Shown piece by piece: positions 8,843 to 19,256 of a stretch of DNA of 64,000 bases. Under the pieces are notes generated by a model. The model did not search any database. It saw nothing but the letters and a program-made list of their open reading frames with translations, and had not been told where the DNA came from. The position numbers and the translations under genes are program-made. Every line of letters starts with the position of its first letter. Position 1 is the first letter of the stretch. The stretch is taken from positions 1 through 64,000 of IMG/VR virus record IMGVR_UViG_3300010885_036069, one strand, 5' to 3'. This DNA comes from a virus.

Positions 8843-9028
8843 TCACTCTTCATTACAGCCCTCACAGTAGTGAAAGACCGTGCTGTTGAGTTCAATGAGT
8901 GTGAGGTTCTTGATCGGGAAATCCGACCCGCAACCGTCGCACTCAAAGTGTGACTCCAAGTAATCGTCATACTCGGGATCAATGTAGGGTCCGTCGCACT
9001 TGCCACAGACGCAGTTGATGGTTTCCAT
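8843..9028 (-). CDS. Small Zn-finger protein
   Basis: CVCGKC, CDGC, CEGC; directly downstream of a class A promoter module. Confidence 0.7.
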   Translation of the reverse strand: METINCVCGKCDGPYIDPEYDDYLESHFECDGCGSDFPIKNLTLIELNSTVFHYCEGCNEE

Positions 9029-9097
9029 TGTTTCGCCTTTCTTGCAGAGGCATTTCCCCTACATTAGATAAACGCACTCTTCGGGTGAAGTGTGCGG

Positions 9098-9556
9098 TCA
9101 GTCGATCCAGGTCACTTGTGGTTGCTGGAGTTTCATAACGCCACCGCTGACGATCTGTCGCCAATGAGCTCCATCTTCACCGCGCCATTCAAACCACGGT
9201 GCGCTTTCATCATCAGATGAGAGAACTGGAGCAAGAGCGGCGATGAAGACATCTTCTGAACCGGTCTTATTGTCATAACGCAGGAATGAAATCCCACCGT
9301 TACCATCATCCTCAAGTTCAAATCCCAACTGAAGAAGGATTTCAAACGCGTTGGCGCATGTTTCGGGGTAGTTCCAATCCATCCATGAGAACCAAATGCC
9401 CTCATGTGGACCCTTGGATTCCTCTTCGCGAGGGAATGAGAATCCACGCTTGAGTTCGTTATGTTGATTGAGTTCACACAGAATCGTGTAAGCCTCGTTG
9501 AGCTGGTCCTTGCGGATGTATGCGTTGTTGCCTTCTAGTGTTACGTAGTAACCCAT
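9098..9556 (-). CDS. Hypothetical early protein
   Basis: AGAAAGG SD, class A promoter at 9645; WFSWMDWNYPET, WFEWRGEDG. Confidence 0.75.
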   Translation of the reverse strand: MGYYVTLEGNNAYIRKDQLNEAYTILCELNQHNELKRGFSFPREEESKGPHEGIWFSWMDWNYPETCANAFEILLQLGFELEDDGNGGISFLRYDNKTGSEDVFIAALAPVLSSDDESAPWFEWRGEDGAHWRQIVSGGVMKLQQPQVTWID

Positions 9557-9766
9557 GATTGCTGCCTTTCTGTTTGGGCCTTATAGGCCGTGATCGGTTG
9601 TTAGTAGGATACCCGACCAGCATTTGTTGGTCAAGTACTAGGTAAACGCATGAAGACCCATGAAATGTGCGCGCGTAATCCTGAAGAGCTTCGGGCCTGG
9701 AATCCCCCAGCAGCCCCGCTGGAGAAGTTTCGTGTAAGGGCAGCGGGACTGCTAGGCTCAACGCCC

Positions 9767-10162
9767 ATGAACTCGTTTCCTCATCAAGCGCGCTTTGAGC
9801 AGAACGTTGAACTGCTCAGAAAGCTCGTAGCAGACCAGGGAAGTTGCAATGTCCCCCTCTCTAAGCAGATTTTTGATGAGGCTGGAACTGTCAACATCGG
9901 TCGATGGGTTGGCTACATCAAGACTAAGCACAAGCAGGGTCGCCTTGATCCCTACAGGATCGCGACACTGGAGGCGATCCCTGGCTGGAACTGGGAAACT
10001 CGACGATCAGGTCCTGAACCTAAACAGGCAGAACGAGACAACGAGATCCGGAGTCTTCGCAGGCAAGGGATAACCCTGGAGGCGATTGCCTTCAACTACG
10101 GACTCTCTAAGCAACGTGTTGCTCAGTTGTGCGAGGGAGTCAGGCCGGCAAAGAACCCCTGA
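9767..10162 (+). CDS. Helicase-associated (HA) domain + HTH protein
   Basis: IGRWV....K.GRL...RIATLEAIPGWNW (HA-like); RDNEIRSLRRQGITLEAIAFNYGLSKQRVAQL (HTH). Confidence 0.7.
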   Translation: MNSFPHQARFEQNVELLRKLVADQGSCNVPLSKQIFDEAGTVNIGRWVGYIKTKHKQGRLDPYRIATLEAIPGWNWETRRSGPEPKQAERDNEIRSLRRQGITLEAIAFNYGLSKQRVAQLCEGVRPAKNP

Positions 10163-10167
10163 CGCGC

Positions 10168-10203
10168 TGAAGCCCACTGAGTGGCGGTACTCAGTGGGCT
10201 TCA
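10168..10203. terminator. Long hairpin between convergent genes
   Basis: TGAAGCCCACTGAGT-GGCGGT-ACTCAGTGGGCTTCA. Confidence 0.65.
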
Positions 10204-10324
10204 ACTATCGGCAGCTCGAGGGTTAGGAGGCATAAGCCACCTCAAGCGGCCTTCTCAACTCTCGTAGGTGGCGGGTACCTTTGAGAGGAGATACTGGGGA
10301 GAGGCTTTCACCCCTCCCCCGATC

Positions 10325-11710
10325 TCATCGACGCAACCAAGCATCGGTGCGTGAGATTTGACCAATGGCCTGCGGAGCAAGTTTGCCTCCACGCTTGATA
10401 CTAAGGAGCGCTTTGACTGCACCTTCGGAATCGCGAACCATGTGGATCTTCTCCTTTGCCACAATCTTGGCACAAATCTCGGCCAAGTGATCGTGGAAAG
10501 AATCGCGATCGTCAGAAACAGCGCCATCGCAAACCCAAATAATAGGTTCACCCTGCTTGCGCTTCTTGACAGCAAACTCAAGAGCAGGACCGTCAACTCC
10601 GTTGCCACCATTACCCTTGCGGATAGCAGAGCAAACCTTTCCGTCTTGGGCAAGAACCCAAACATTGGGAGTTTCGCTGGAACCAGGACGATGGCTGTAG
10701 CCAATGACTGTGCATCCGGGGGCTGCCTCAAGGATTGCCCACAGGTCGGTTTCGTCCAAGTGCATTGATCCTGATTGATCGATGAGGACCACGCCACCCT
10801 TACCCTTGATCTTGCGATCAAAGACTCGGCGTTCGGGATCAACGAGCATCCGGCCAATGCGACGAGGATTGCGACCCATGTTGGTAGCGACTCGCTTGCG
10901 GCCAATCTGACCACCAACGCGTCGTGTCAATGGAATCTTCTCAAGGATGAGCGGAGCAAACGATCCACGCTTTCCACCGGTTCCACCCGGACGAACACGC
11001 TTCTTGATTTCCTCTGCATCAATTTCCTTGCCATCGGCATCTCCATCACCGTCGTCGGATTCTCCAGCCTCAAGGCCAACTCGAAGGATTTCGGCAACCG
11101 CTCTTGTGTAACGAGCAAAGCCATTCGGGATGCCATCAGCGTTGAGTTCGGTGTCACCGAGAGTCTTTGAACCGACCTTCTTGACGACCTTGATCATTGC
11201 CTTCTCAATCTCACGAAGAGCTTTCGCCCATTCGGGATCAACCTTCTTGACACCACGAAGGAAGTCGGCTGCTGCCTTTGTTCCTGCGGTTGCGCCAATG
11301 TTGAGGACTGCGCCTCGCCAATCGCCACGCTCGGCGCCACGCTCACCACTGGTGAACTCGCTGCCATCGCGAAGATCGTCGGTGCTAAATCCTGCCTTCG
11401 CAATCAAAGTGTTCACTCGGAACTCTTCTGCTGCGATGACTGCCTGAGGATCGATGTCATCAATACTTTCAACAGCGGCTCCGACATCAAAGGGAGAAAC
11501 TCGCACATGCATGAGCTCATGGATACGGATGATCCGACTAGCGGCATCCTCACCATAGGGAACCTTCATGCGCTTGTTGTCTAGGTCGGCCCACGCTTCG
11601 CCTCGCGCAGCCTGGCCCGCCTCAATTGCCCATGTCTCGCCGTTGTATTGCCCTCGTCGGTTGACGAACTCGGGCATAGCGACATTTGTTTGCTTGACTG
11701 CTTTACTCAT
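10325..11710 (-). CDS. vWA-domain protein with HExxH motif (MoxR partner, CobT-like)
   Basis: RIHELMH; MIDAS LIDQSGSM; VCDG. Confidence 0.75.
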   Translation of the reverse strand: MSKAVKQTNVAMPEFVNRRGQYNGETWAIEAGQAARGEAWADLDNKRMKVPYGEDAASRIIRIHELMHVRVSPFDVGAAVESIDDIDPQAVIAAEEFRVNTLIAKAGFSTDDLRDGSEFTSGERGAERGDWRGAVLNIGATAGTKAAADFLRGVKKVDPEWAKALREIEKAMIKVVKKVGSKTLGDTELNADGIPNGFARYTRAVAEILRVGLEAGESDDGDGDADGKEIDAEEIKKRVRPGGTGGKRGSFAPLILEKIPLTRRVGGQIGRKRVATNMGRNPRRIGRMLVDPERRVFDRKIKGKGGVVLIDQSGSMHLDETDLWAILEAAPGCTVIGYSHRPGSSETPNVWVLAQDGKVCSAIRKGNGGNGVDGPALEFAVKKRKQGEPIIWVCDGAVSDDRDSFHDHLAEICAKIVAKEKIHMVRDSEGAVKALLSIKRGGKLAPQAIGQISRTDAWLRR

Positions 11711-11769
11711 AAGTGCCTCCTAAGGGCGTTGTTTGGATGTGGGGGGACCGAAGTCCCCCCACAGTGGGG

Positions 11770-12495
11770 TCAGACACCGAGCCGGTCAACCTTGAGTGCA
11801 TCAAGGATGTCCTGCGCTCGCTGTCCAAAGATGATCTTTGCAGCGCGCTCTTCGCCCAAACTCGAACGAAGATTGTCAAACGCTTGGAAAGTACGAACTG
11901 AGAACCGACGCTGGATTTCAGCATCAGCAAGGCCGGCGGCTGGACCACGAAGATCCGGCGAGAGGCCGAGTAGAGCGCCCGGATGGGGAGTGTTGATCCG
12001 AAGAGCAACAGGGAACCGGTCCTTGAGCGCCTCGGGAAGATCGCTCATGTCTTCAAGGTTGGTGGTCATGATGACCGAGAACCCATCAAGAGGCTTGATC
12101 TTCTCGCCGGTGGAGGGATGCTCCCATTCGGCAGAGGCAACCGTGTCGGTCATGGCAAGGAGCAGAGAGAGAACATCTCCCGATGCCTTGTCAATTTCGT
12201 CAATGACGAGGCGACCGCCAGTTTGGCCGTTGCCCTTCCACGCCTTGATCGCAGCTCCTTCGAGCCACTTCCATCCGTCGTTGCCCGCAGGCATCCAACA
12301 TCCGGTGACATCGGCAGCGGTCATGTCTTCAGTGCAGACGAGTCGGTATGAACCGGCTGACACATTGCCTTCGTTTAGTCCGGCATAGGTCTTTCCTGTG
12401 CCAGGAGGACCGAAGAGGATTACGCGATCAATTCCAGCCGAAACGACATCAGAGAAGTCGCTCCAGCACTGCGGTACTTCAGTAGTGCTAGTCAT
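11770..12495 (-). CDS. MoxR/CobS-like AAA+ ATPase
   Basis: GPPGTGKT, LVIDEID, MTTN, ALKDRF. Confidence 0.85.
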   Translation of the reverse strand: MTSTTEVPQCWSDFSDVVSAGIDRVILFGPPGTGKTYAGLNEGNVSAGSYRLVCTEDMTAADVTGCWMPAGNDGWKWLEGAAIKAWKGNGQTGGRLVIDEIDKASGDVLSLLLAMTDTVASAEWEHPSTGEKIKPLDGFSVIMTTNLEDMSDLPEALKDRFPVALRINTPHPGALLGLSPDLRGPAAGLADAEIQRRFSVRTFQAFDNLRSSLGEERAAKIIFGQRAQDILDALKVDRLGV

Positions 12496-12601
12496 TAGTG
12501 CCTCCTAAAGGCTTGTTGTGGGGTATTTCCCCGTTGCTAGATAAACGCACGATCTTGGTGAAGTGTGCGGTGACCTCTCGAAAGAGGCCACCGCCCGCCA
12601 A

Positions 12602-13027
12602 TCACTTGACGTCTTCGGTGTCCACCGCATTGAAGGTGACCTTCACATACGGCGATCCCGCAGCGACAGTCGTGCTGACCGCCTGAACCACGGTCGGGTC
12701 AATCAGACCCTTGAGGACCGCCTCGTTGAGAAGCGACTCATCCACCTTGCGGGTGGCAACAGTGATCTGCTCCCACACATCGGCAGAAATGAGCTTGGCG
12801 AGTGCCTTCTCATCACGCTTGACCTTGCCACCTTCAGGGACGACCACGGTCACGCGATCGCCATTGGGGAGGACATGGGCCTTGACCTCATTGGCCACGA
12901 ACACTTCGATCGCCGTCGCATCAGCATTTTGCTTATTGCGATCCGCAACCAAGAGAGCATCCTTGGCCTGTACTGCGCCCTGCGCCGCGAGTGCGACGAG
13001 GGTTTCTACCTCCACTGCTATAGCCAT
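12602..13027 (-). CDS. Hypothetical early protein
   Basis: AGAAAGG SD and class A module upstream. Confidence 0.75.
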   Translation of the reverse strand: MAIAVEVETLVALAAQGAVQAKDALLVADRNKQNADATAIEVFVANEVKAHVLPNGDRVTVVVPEGGKVKRDEKALAKLISADVWEQITVATRKVDESLLNEAVLKGLIDPTVVQAVSTTVAAGSPYVKVTFNAVDTEDVK

Positions 13028-13156
13028 TGTTGCCTTTCTGTTTCGGGGTACTTCCCCGCTACTGGATAAACGCACGAAGTGCTTCAAAGTGTGCGCTTCG
13101 TACTGAGAACATTATGACGAGGGGGTGTGACAGTGGGTCGCCACACCCCCTCAGGG

Positions 13157-13420
13157 TCAGAAGGGTCCGATCTCCTCAACAAAGAGGTGGCCAGGCCCAT
13201 TGCCTTCCTCGTCGCGAGAAACAACGAGGTCTACGGTCTTACCGTTGGAGAGCTTGATACGGAGAACCGGCCAAACCTCAGGCCAATCGAACTCGTCCCC
13301 ATCTTCGCCTTCCACGGGCGCTCCCCATCCAATGATGGTGCCACCCACTAGTGGCTTCAGGTAACTTTCCACATACTTCTTCTGACTCTCTATGCGAGAT
13401 TCAGTCTTGGTTGCTGCCAT
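13157..13420 (-). CDS. Hypothetical early protein
   Basis: AGGAGG SD; C-terminal SRDEEGNGPGHLF. Confidence 0.75.
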   Translation of the reverse strand: MAATKTESRIESQKKYVESYLKPLVGGTIIGWGAPVEGEDGDEFDWPEVWPVLRIKLSNGKTVDLVVSRDEEGNGPGHLFVEEIGPF

Positions 13421-13713
13421 GTTTGCCTCCTAGGCTGTCAGGGGAGTTTCCCCCGTTATGTGTATAACGCACGCTCCGCCATGAAGTGTGCTGTGTTGCT
13501 GAATACATAGTGACACATAGGTGTGACACTTGCAAATCCGGTGTTGTAATAGGTAAACGCACGAACTAGCTCAATGTGTGCTGGGGATAACCCTAGGGAT
13601 AACTGATAAGTGGTAACCCTGTGGATAACCCTGGTCGAGCTGGGCAGTCCCGCTGGAGATAAGCGATGCGGGGCTATCGGCGGGGGGCCACCTTTCGGCA
13701 GCTCCCCCTTTGA

Positions 13714-14034
13714 TCACTCGTCTTCATCGTCGAAGAAGTAGCCCTGATCATTAGCGTTGACTGATGCACCCTGGAAATCGGTTGGTTTCCCTGCCTCTTC
13801 CCAACACTTCTCATGCCAAGTAGTGCAGTCTGGAGTTATGTAGTTTGGTTCCTCGCCATCCTGAAGGCCTTCGAGTGGCCCTTCAATGACGCCGTAACCG
13901 TTATAGGTACCGATCCACAGTTTACCTTCAGGGGTGATGGCAACTGCTTTCGATTGGTACGAGTTGGTACCGACCGCATAGGGCGACCGGATTGAAACTT
14001 GACACTCCTCACAGAGCGTTGAAAAGAATCCCAT
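13714..14034 (-). CDS. Hypothetical early protein (MGFFS..C..C type)
   Basis: Promoter + hairpin + SD upstream, terminator-like hairpin downstream. Confidence 0.75.
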   Translation of the reverse strand: MGFFSTLCEECQVSIRSPYAVGTNSYQSKAVAITPEGKLWIGTYNGYGVIEGPLEGLQDGEEPNYITPDCTTWHEKCWEEAGKPTDFQGASVNANDQGYFFDDEDE

Positions 14035-14106
14035 AATTTCCACCTTCTTTCTTTGGGGGGATTTCCCCCGTACTTGTATAACGCACAATACCGACAGGGT
14101 GTGACA

Positions 14107-14313
14107 TCATCGCTTGATGTCACACCAATAAACGGTGTCGTTGTCAATCTTTCGAACTTGACTGACCCAGTGGCCATCGCGCTCGCACCACTTGTCAGCG
14201 AGAGCTTTAGCCTCTTCTAGCGCCCTGGCTCCGGTACAGACCGACCACTCGGCATCATCGCTCTTGAGGTCTTGGGCCATGGCGACGTACGGCTGATACT
14301 TGGTGAATCCCAT
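14107..14313 (-). CDS. Hypothetical early protein
   Basis: Class A module upstream. Confidence 0.7.
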   Translation of the reverse strand: MGFTKYQPYVAMAQDLKSDDAEWSVCTGARALEEAKALADKWCERDGHWVSQVRKIDNDTVYWCDIKR

Positions 14314-14485
14314 GTTTGCCTTTCTTCAGCGAGTCCTTCTCGCTTACATAGGGGAAACGCACAAAGTGGGCCAAAATGTGCGCGCGAATCAAAAGAAAAA
14401 AATCCTGGTTTCAAGTACACATTTCGAGGTACTTTGTGCGTTCTACTAGTAACAGAGGAAGTGCCTCTGAAGAAAGGTGACAGTC

Positions 14486-14698
14486 ATGAGTACGAATTAC
14501 GAAGTGACGATCAAGTTTGTGGTGGAGGACGATGTTCCTGAAGAGGAACTCAACAACTTCCTAGGTGAACTTCAAGCCCCAGCAGACGATCCATCGATTG
14601 ATGCCTACGTCTACAGCGTGGCGGTCAAGTGGACCAACAGCAAGGGCGAGTCAGCGGGCAGCGCTCACGGGAAGGTGATCCCTGCGGACCTGCTCTGA
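14486..14698 (+). CDS. Hypothetical early protein
   Basis: Plus-facing class A module, AGAAAGG SD. Confidence 0.7.
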   Translation: MSTNYEVTIKFVVEDDVPEEELNNFLGELQAPADDPSIDAYVYSVAVKWTNSKGESAGSAHGKVIPADLL

Positions 14699-14816
14699 TC
14701 GGAAACAGCCCAGGGGAAACCCTGGAGCTGCTCCGGCAGCCCCGCTGGATAGAAGCACGGCGGGACTACTGGAGCAGGCAAGCTCCCCCAGGAATCGGAG
14801 GAGCTTGTCTGCTGAG

Positions 14817-15365
14817 TCAGACCTGCTCGACTGCCTTCTCACGAAGATCGCTGATGGCATCAGACCACGCCTGCCAGTCCTCTTCGCCATTCTCGTCACT
14901 CTCCAGCGAAGGAAAGTCTGAGTCCGGCACGTCATGGACTGACCCATTGCCATTCTGGAATGAGGCAGCACCAATGGACTGCATACCCTCTTCGACCCAA
15001 TCGGTCTGAAAGGCGAGGGTCGGGAACAGTAGTGAAACTTGTTCTAGACCCTCTAGGGCCGGCGACCACGCGGTTTCGTACCTAATGACGAGGTAGTCAC
15101 CATTGACGGTGATCTGAGTTTCACAGTCGCCCCACTTGGTTCCCCAGTTTCGGAGGCACCACGAGTAGCCATCGTCGGTGAAGGCTTTTCCAAAGACGTT
15201 GCCTTCTTTGTCAAGGATGTCTTTGCCTTCGAGTTCCGTGGGAAACGGAACCAGGTTCTTGAGAATAGTGATGGACTCGTCGGCATTGGTAATTGCCGCC
15301 AGAAACTTCTGGAGTGATTCGGCATCGCCGGTAATCGTTAGGTTGTTATCGCACCAGTTGGGCAT
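14817..15365 (-). CDS. YubB/DUF1281 ferredoxin-like domain protein
   Basis: MPNWCDNNLTITG; WCLRNWGTKW; YETAWSP. Confidence 0.8.
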   Translation of the reverse strand: MPNWCDNNLTITGDAESLQKFLAAITNADESITILKNLVPFPTELEGKDILDKEGNVFGKAFTDDGYSWCLRNWGTKWGDCETQITVNGDYLVIRYETAWSPALEGLEQVSLLFPTLAFQTDWVEEGMQSIGAASFQNGNGSVHDVPDSDFPSLESDENGEEDWQAWSDAISDLREKAVEQV

Positions 15366-15367
15366 GA

Positions 15368-15511
15368 TCAGACCCTGCTTTCTGAGAAGATGTCGGTGAT
15401 TTCATCGTCAATGCACTTTCCATCGAGGCACAACTGGTGTGCTTCCTCAACGCTTTCTGCTTCGACGATGAAGGTTTGTCTGCGATAGACGGTAACTGTG
15501 TAGTTGGGCAT
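15368..15511 (-). CDS. Small hypothetical protein
   Basis: MPNYTVTV...VEAESVEEA; GGAGG SD. Confidence 0.6.
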   Translation of the reverse strand: MPNYTVTVYRRQTFIVEAESVEEAHQLCLDGKCIDDEITDIFSESRV

Positions 15512-15513
15512 TC

Positions 15514-15783
15514 TCAGACCTCCCCATCGCTCAGGAATGGATCCAGGTGGTGAGCTTCTGCGATGGCCCATGCCGGAGCAAAGTCCTCGCCTCGCCATTG
15601 GACACACTCGGGCAGCTCAATGGAGCGTTCGCTGTCATCCTCGTTGATAGCGTCAATGGCTGCGATACATACCGGAATCATTGACTGAGGGACGGCTGGG
15701 TAGTGATTCGACTGAAGGTGCCAAGACAGGGCGACCTCAATCGGAGCGTGTGCTGCTACATCTACTGCTAGTAATGCTCCCAT
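15514..15783 (-). CDS. Hypothetical early protein
   Basis: Class A module; WHLQSNHYP, AEAHHLDPF. Confidence 0.75.
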   Translation of the reverse strand: MGALLAVDVAAHAPIEVALSWHLQSNHYPAVPQSMIPVCIAAIDAINEDDSERSIELPECVQWRGEDFAPAWAIAEAHHLDPFLSDGEV

Positions 15784-15899
15784 GATGGGTTCCTTTCTGT
15801 GGCGGGTACTTCCCGCCTTCATTGGTATAACGCACAATAATCGTAAAGTGTGCTGTGGATAACCTCGAGCTCCAGGTGTGGGCTAAGCAGTCCCGCTAC

Positions 15900-16088
15900 T
15901 CATACGCCCTCCTTCAGTTGAGCGGTAAAGATCACACCGTTAGGCGATTCAAGACGAATCAGACCATTGTCATCGGTGCTAATCGACCAAAGACTTTCAA
16001 CTTCATCGTCATCCAGCCCATCGTATTCCCACGCGGGAATGTCTGTTCGGAGTCGCAGATGCTCTATTGCTTCAATAAGTGAACTCAT
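15900..16088 (-). CDS. Hypothetical early protein
   Basis: Class A module + SD. Confidence 0.7.
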   Translation of the reverse strand: MSSLIEAIEHLRLRTDIPAWEYDGLDDDEVESLWSISTDDNGLIRLESPNGVIFTAQLKEGV

Positions 16089-16141
16089 AGTTTGCCTTTC
16101 TTCCTGGGGTATTTCCCCTTGTATAAGTATAACGCACTTAC

Positions 16142-16585
16142 TCAGACAGAGTGTGCGGTTGATGCCAGTTCTCGCGCCCATAGCGCGTAATCGGCATCGG
16201 AGTTGTCGTACCAAGATTCGAGAACACACCGAAGGGCGCTATCTGAAACTTGGTGATGGGTAACCTCGTCAAGAGCTTTAGGGTCATGCTGACCGTAGAT
16301 GTCGTAGTACCAACCGTCACCGTCAACCGCATAGAAGTGATCGCACATACAGGTACAGATACCGTCACCCATGTACGAGCATTCTTCAGGCTCTTCTTCA
16401 AAGCACTTCCAAGAGCCTACCGAAGCGGCAGTCCAGGTTGGATTCTGCTCTAAAAGGGCCGCGACATAGATGCCGCACCACCCCAGCGTGAACACGCTGC
16501 CGGCAGTCCCGCCCTCCATTTCGGGGATTTGCCCCAGGGCGGCGACATCCCGCAGGAACTGGACGGACTCGGGATACGCGCTCAT
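16142..16585 (-). CDS. Hypothetical protein
   Basis: ATGA-coupled to the upstream gene; GWCGIY...HFY...YDIYG. Confidence 0.65.
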   Translation of the reverse strand: MSAYPESVQFLRDVAALGQIPEMEGGTAGSVFTLGWCGIYVAALLEQNPTWTAASVGSWKCFEEEPEECSYMGDGICTCMCDHFYAVDGDGWYYDIYGQHDPKALDEVTHHQVSDSALRCVLESWYDNSDADYALWARELASTAHSV

Positions 16586-16749
16586 CCTTCGTTCCTCACT
16601 TCAATTGGAAGGGGGATTCCCCAAGAACTGAACGAGTCACGACGAGTGGCCGCTTGAATCGAATAGTCGTCAGCGACGATGTGGATTCCTTGAATGGTCA
16701 CGAGAACCTCGCTGCCATCCTCAAGGGTGACGATGATTGCTGTTTGCAT
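16582..16749 (-). CDS. Hypothetical early protein
   Basis: Class A module + AGAAAGG SD. Confidence 0.65.
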   Translation of the reverse strand: MQTAIIVTLEDGSEVLVTIQGIHIVADDYSIQAATRRDSFSSWGIPLPIEVRNEG

Positions 16750-17080
16750 GATTGGTGCCTTTCTGTTGTCGTTGTTATTAGGTAAACGCACGAAATGGTG
16801 CGGAATGTGCATCACCAGTTTCGGAATGATCTTCCCCATCGCGGGCTAGTGCTACGAAGGTAGGTAGCGAGTTCGGGGTACTCCTCCTCTAGTGCCTGCG
16901 GAAGCAGGATGTGGATAGCAATGTCAACCGAACGAATGAACCGGCAAGGGCTACCCCAGGGGAACCGTGATACGGGTTTCTCCTCAGTCGCCCTAGCGAA
17001 CGCGAGGGATTCCTTTAGTCGAATGTCCCACGGGTCAATGCCGAGGTTGTTAGCGAATACGCGAACGGCCAGTATCGGGG

Positions 17081-17257
17081 TCACCATGACCCACGATCCC
17101 GACACGCCCGCTTGTTCGCTACCCGCTTACGGTCAGCGAAGGTATGTGCGCGAGTCCGGCGACCATCCGCTAGGGCGGCCACTCGCTCGGCACGTTCGCC
17201 AAGACGCATCGCAAGGATGTGTTCAGCGACATTCTGATTCTTTACTTTCTTAGCCAT
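17081..17257 (-). CDS. Small basic protein
   Basis: SD plus class A/B promoters; RAHTFADRKRVANKRACR. Confidence 0.65.
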   Translation of the reverse strand: MAKKVKNQNVAEHILAMRLGERAERVAALADGRRTRAHTFADRKRVANKRACRDRGSW

Positions 17258-17634
17258 GATGCACTTCCTTCCTGTTGAGTTATGTAGGCAGAATACCATA
17301 AGGGTGAGACACACCTAATCGGCGCATCATCCCTTCCCTACATAAACGCACGAAGAGCTATGGAATGTGCATCCAATCGACGCCAGGAAATGCCGGCGCT
17401 GGGAGTCCCGAGTTATCCCCAGGTTTATCCACAGGGGAAACTCGGCGGGGCTATCGGCCTGGGCCACTCACTTAGTGAGCAGCTCAGCCGGGAGAAGGTG
17501 GCCTTCGATGTCGTTCCCGCACCCTTTGCAATACTCAATCCCATCGTCAATGAAGATGGTGGAGTACGCATCGCAGCAAGTAGTCGTACCGTCGGTCAAC
17601 CGAACGAAGGAAACCCTAAAGGGTTCGCGCTCGC

Positions 17635-18030
17635 TCATGATGCCTCCCTTGCGGGTACTGGAGTAGTTCGAATGACACCGTTCTCGTCAATGAAGGCCGT
17701 TCCGAAATTGATTCGGAACAGATACTCCACCGCCGTGATTGCCGATTGAGCGTCAATCGCAATAACCGGTTCACCGATTTGTTCGGATTTGTAGTGATCC
17801 CAAATGGTCACCGAGTAGGGACCGTTGGTATCCAGGAATGGACTGTCAATGTCGGTGATGAGCGCAAACCACGGTTTCGCATCCTTTGGATCTTCGCTGG
17901 TTTCACCGTCGATTTGATACGCCCAACAATCGCCACCGGTCCGAACGATTCCTGCGGTGTGCCACGGGAACTCGCGACCGGACATTGCCTTCACTAACGC
18001 CTTCTCAATTCCTATCTGGTGATGTTTCAT
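17635..18030 (-). CDS. Hypothetical early protein
   Basis: AGAAAGG SD; TGGDCWA. Confidence 0.7.
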   Translation of the reverse strand: MKHHQIGIEKALVKAMSGREFPWHTAGIVRTGGDCWAYQIDGETSEDPKDAKPWFALITDIDSPFLDTNGPYSVTIWDHYKSEQIGEPVIAIDAQSAITAVEYLFRINFGTAFIDENGVIRTTPVPAREAS

Positions 18031-18264
18031 TGTGTTGCCTTTCTGTTGAGGGTCACCTTGTGATGACCACGATCTTGGTGGGGAGGGGTGGGGGAGGGTT
18101 TTGATCCCGCTCCCCCATGTTTCCTTCCTCATGTACTAGTGAAACGCACGAAACGCCTAAGAATGTGCGCGAAAGAAATCTCGAATACGCGCGCACACTT
18201 TAGGTCACTTGGTGCGTTTCACTAATACAAGCGAGGAAATGCCTCACTTGAAAGAAAGGCAACC

Positions 18265-18477
18265 ATGTCAGCGAAATTTGGATGGGGCAGTGCAGCAGCA
18301 GCGCACCTTGTGATTCAGGGTGACGCTGGAGATTTCAAAGATGTTTGGGCGTGGGCGTGGAATCACTACGGTGAGAACGCGATGTACGCCGATTGGGCCG
18401 ACGGTTTCGTTGTCGGCCTTCAGGCATCGGGCTACGCCCTAGAGGGCGCGGGTCGGGCGGTTCTCGAATCGGCCTAA
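18265..18477 (+). CDS. Hypothetical early protein
   Basis: Plus-facing class A module. Confidence 0.7.
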   Translation: MSAKFGWGSAAAAHLVIQGDAGDFKDVWAWAWNHYGENAMYADWADGFVVGLQASGYALEGAGRAVLESA

Positions 18478-18580
18478 CCGGTGGCCCCTCGGTGGAAACG
18501 CTGAGGGGCCATTGGCGCGCCTGGCCTTGAGCTGGCCCGACTAGCCCCGCTGGACTTATCCACAGCGGGACTGAGGGTGG

Positions 18581-18730
18581 TCAAACTTCGACCAGCTCCC
18601 CATCAATCCAAACCAGGGAGGCGACATCCTCTTCGCATTGCCAACACGTGGTGGTGGCAGCGTTGGTGCCATGATCGCAGATGTCATAGACATCATCGGT
18701 CAACCAATAGGTTGCGGGGAAATTGGTCAT
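18581..18730 (-). CDS. Small Cys/His protein
   Basis: Class A module; CDHG...CWQC. Confidence 0.6.
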   Translation of the reverse strand: MTNFPATYWLTDDVYDICDHGTNAATTTCWQCEEDVASLVWIDGELVEV

Positions 18731-18904
18731 GATCGCCTTTCTGCTCGGGGGTATTTCCCCTTCGCTACTGGTGAAACGCACGAAGAGGCCCGAAATGTGC
18801 ATCGGATCGCGAGGAAATCTTTCTGATCGATCAATGCACACTTCGGGTGGGTTCGTGCGTTTATCTATCAGAAGGGAGGAACGGCCTCCCCAAGAAAGGC
18901 AAGA

Positions 18905-19138
18905 ATGGAAACCCGCACATTGCAGGACATCGCTCGGGAGATCCGCAGCGATTGGAAATCCCCCTACTTCGGGGCGGTCCCCTACCTGGATGCCCTGAGT
19001 AGCCTCGGGAGCGTCAACGACCGATTCGGTTACGATTCCGGTCGCGACATGGTGATCTACTTCCTCAGCAATGCCACGACGTGGCGAGGCGAAACCGCCC
19101 GCAGGGTCAAGGCTGAGCTGAAGGCCTTGCTCAAGTGA
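18905..19138 (+). CDS. Small phage protein
   Basis: IAREIRSDWKSPYFGAVPYL...YFLSNATTWRGETARRVKAELK; class A module. Confidence 0.8.
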   Translation: METRTLQDIAREIRSDWKSPYFGAVPYLDALSSLGSVNDRFGYDSGRDMVIYFLSNATTWRGETARRVKAELKALLK

Positions 19139-19256
19139 GATCCGGCCCCCTTCGGGGGGCCACTTCTCGACTAGCCCCGCTGGTGAAATAAGCGGCGGGA
19201 CTGCCAAACAAAAAACCCCCCAGCCATTTCAGCCAGGGGGTTTCTCATTTCTGAAC

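Noticed and set aside
9310-9330. tRNA T-loop-like GTTCAAATCCC
   Set aside because: Lies inside a CDS with no cloverleaf; no tRNA recognised anywhere in the window
10255-12388. Long alternative-frame and antisense ORFs over the vWA/MoxR genes
   Set aside because: Shadow ORFs of GC-rich coding sequence with no recognisable motifs
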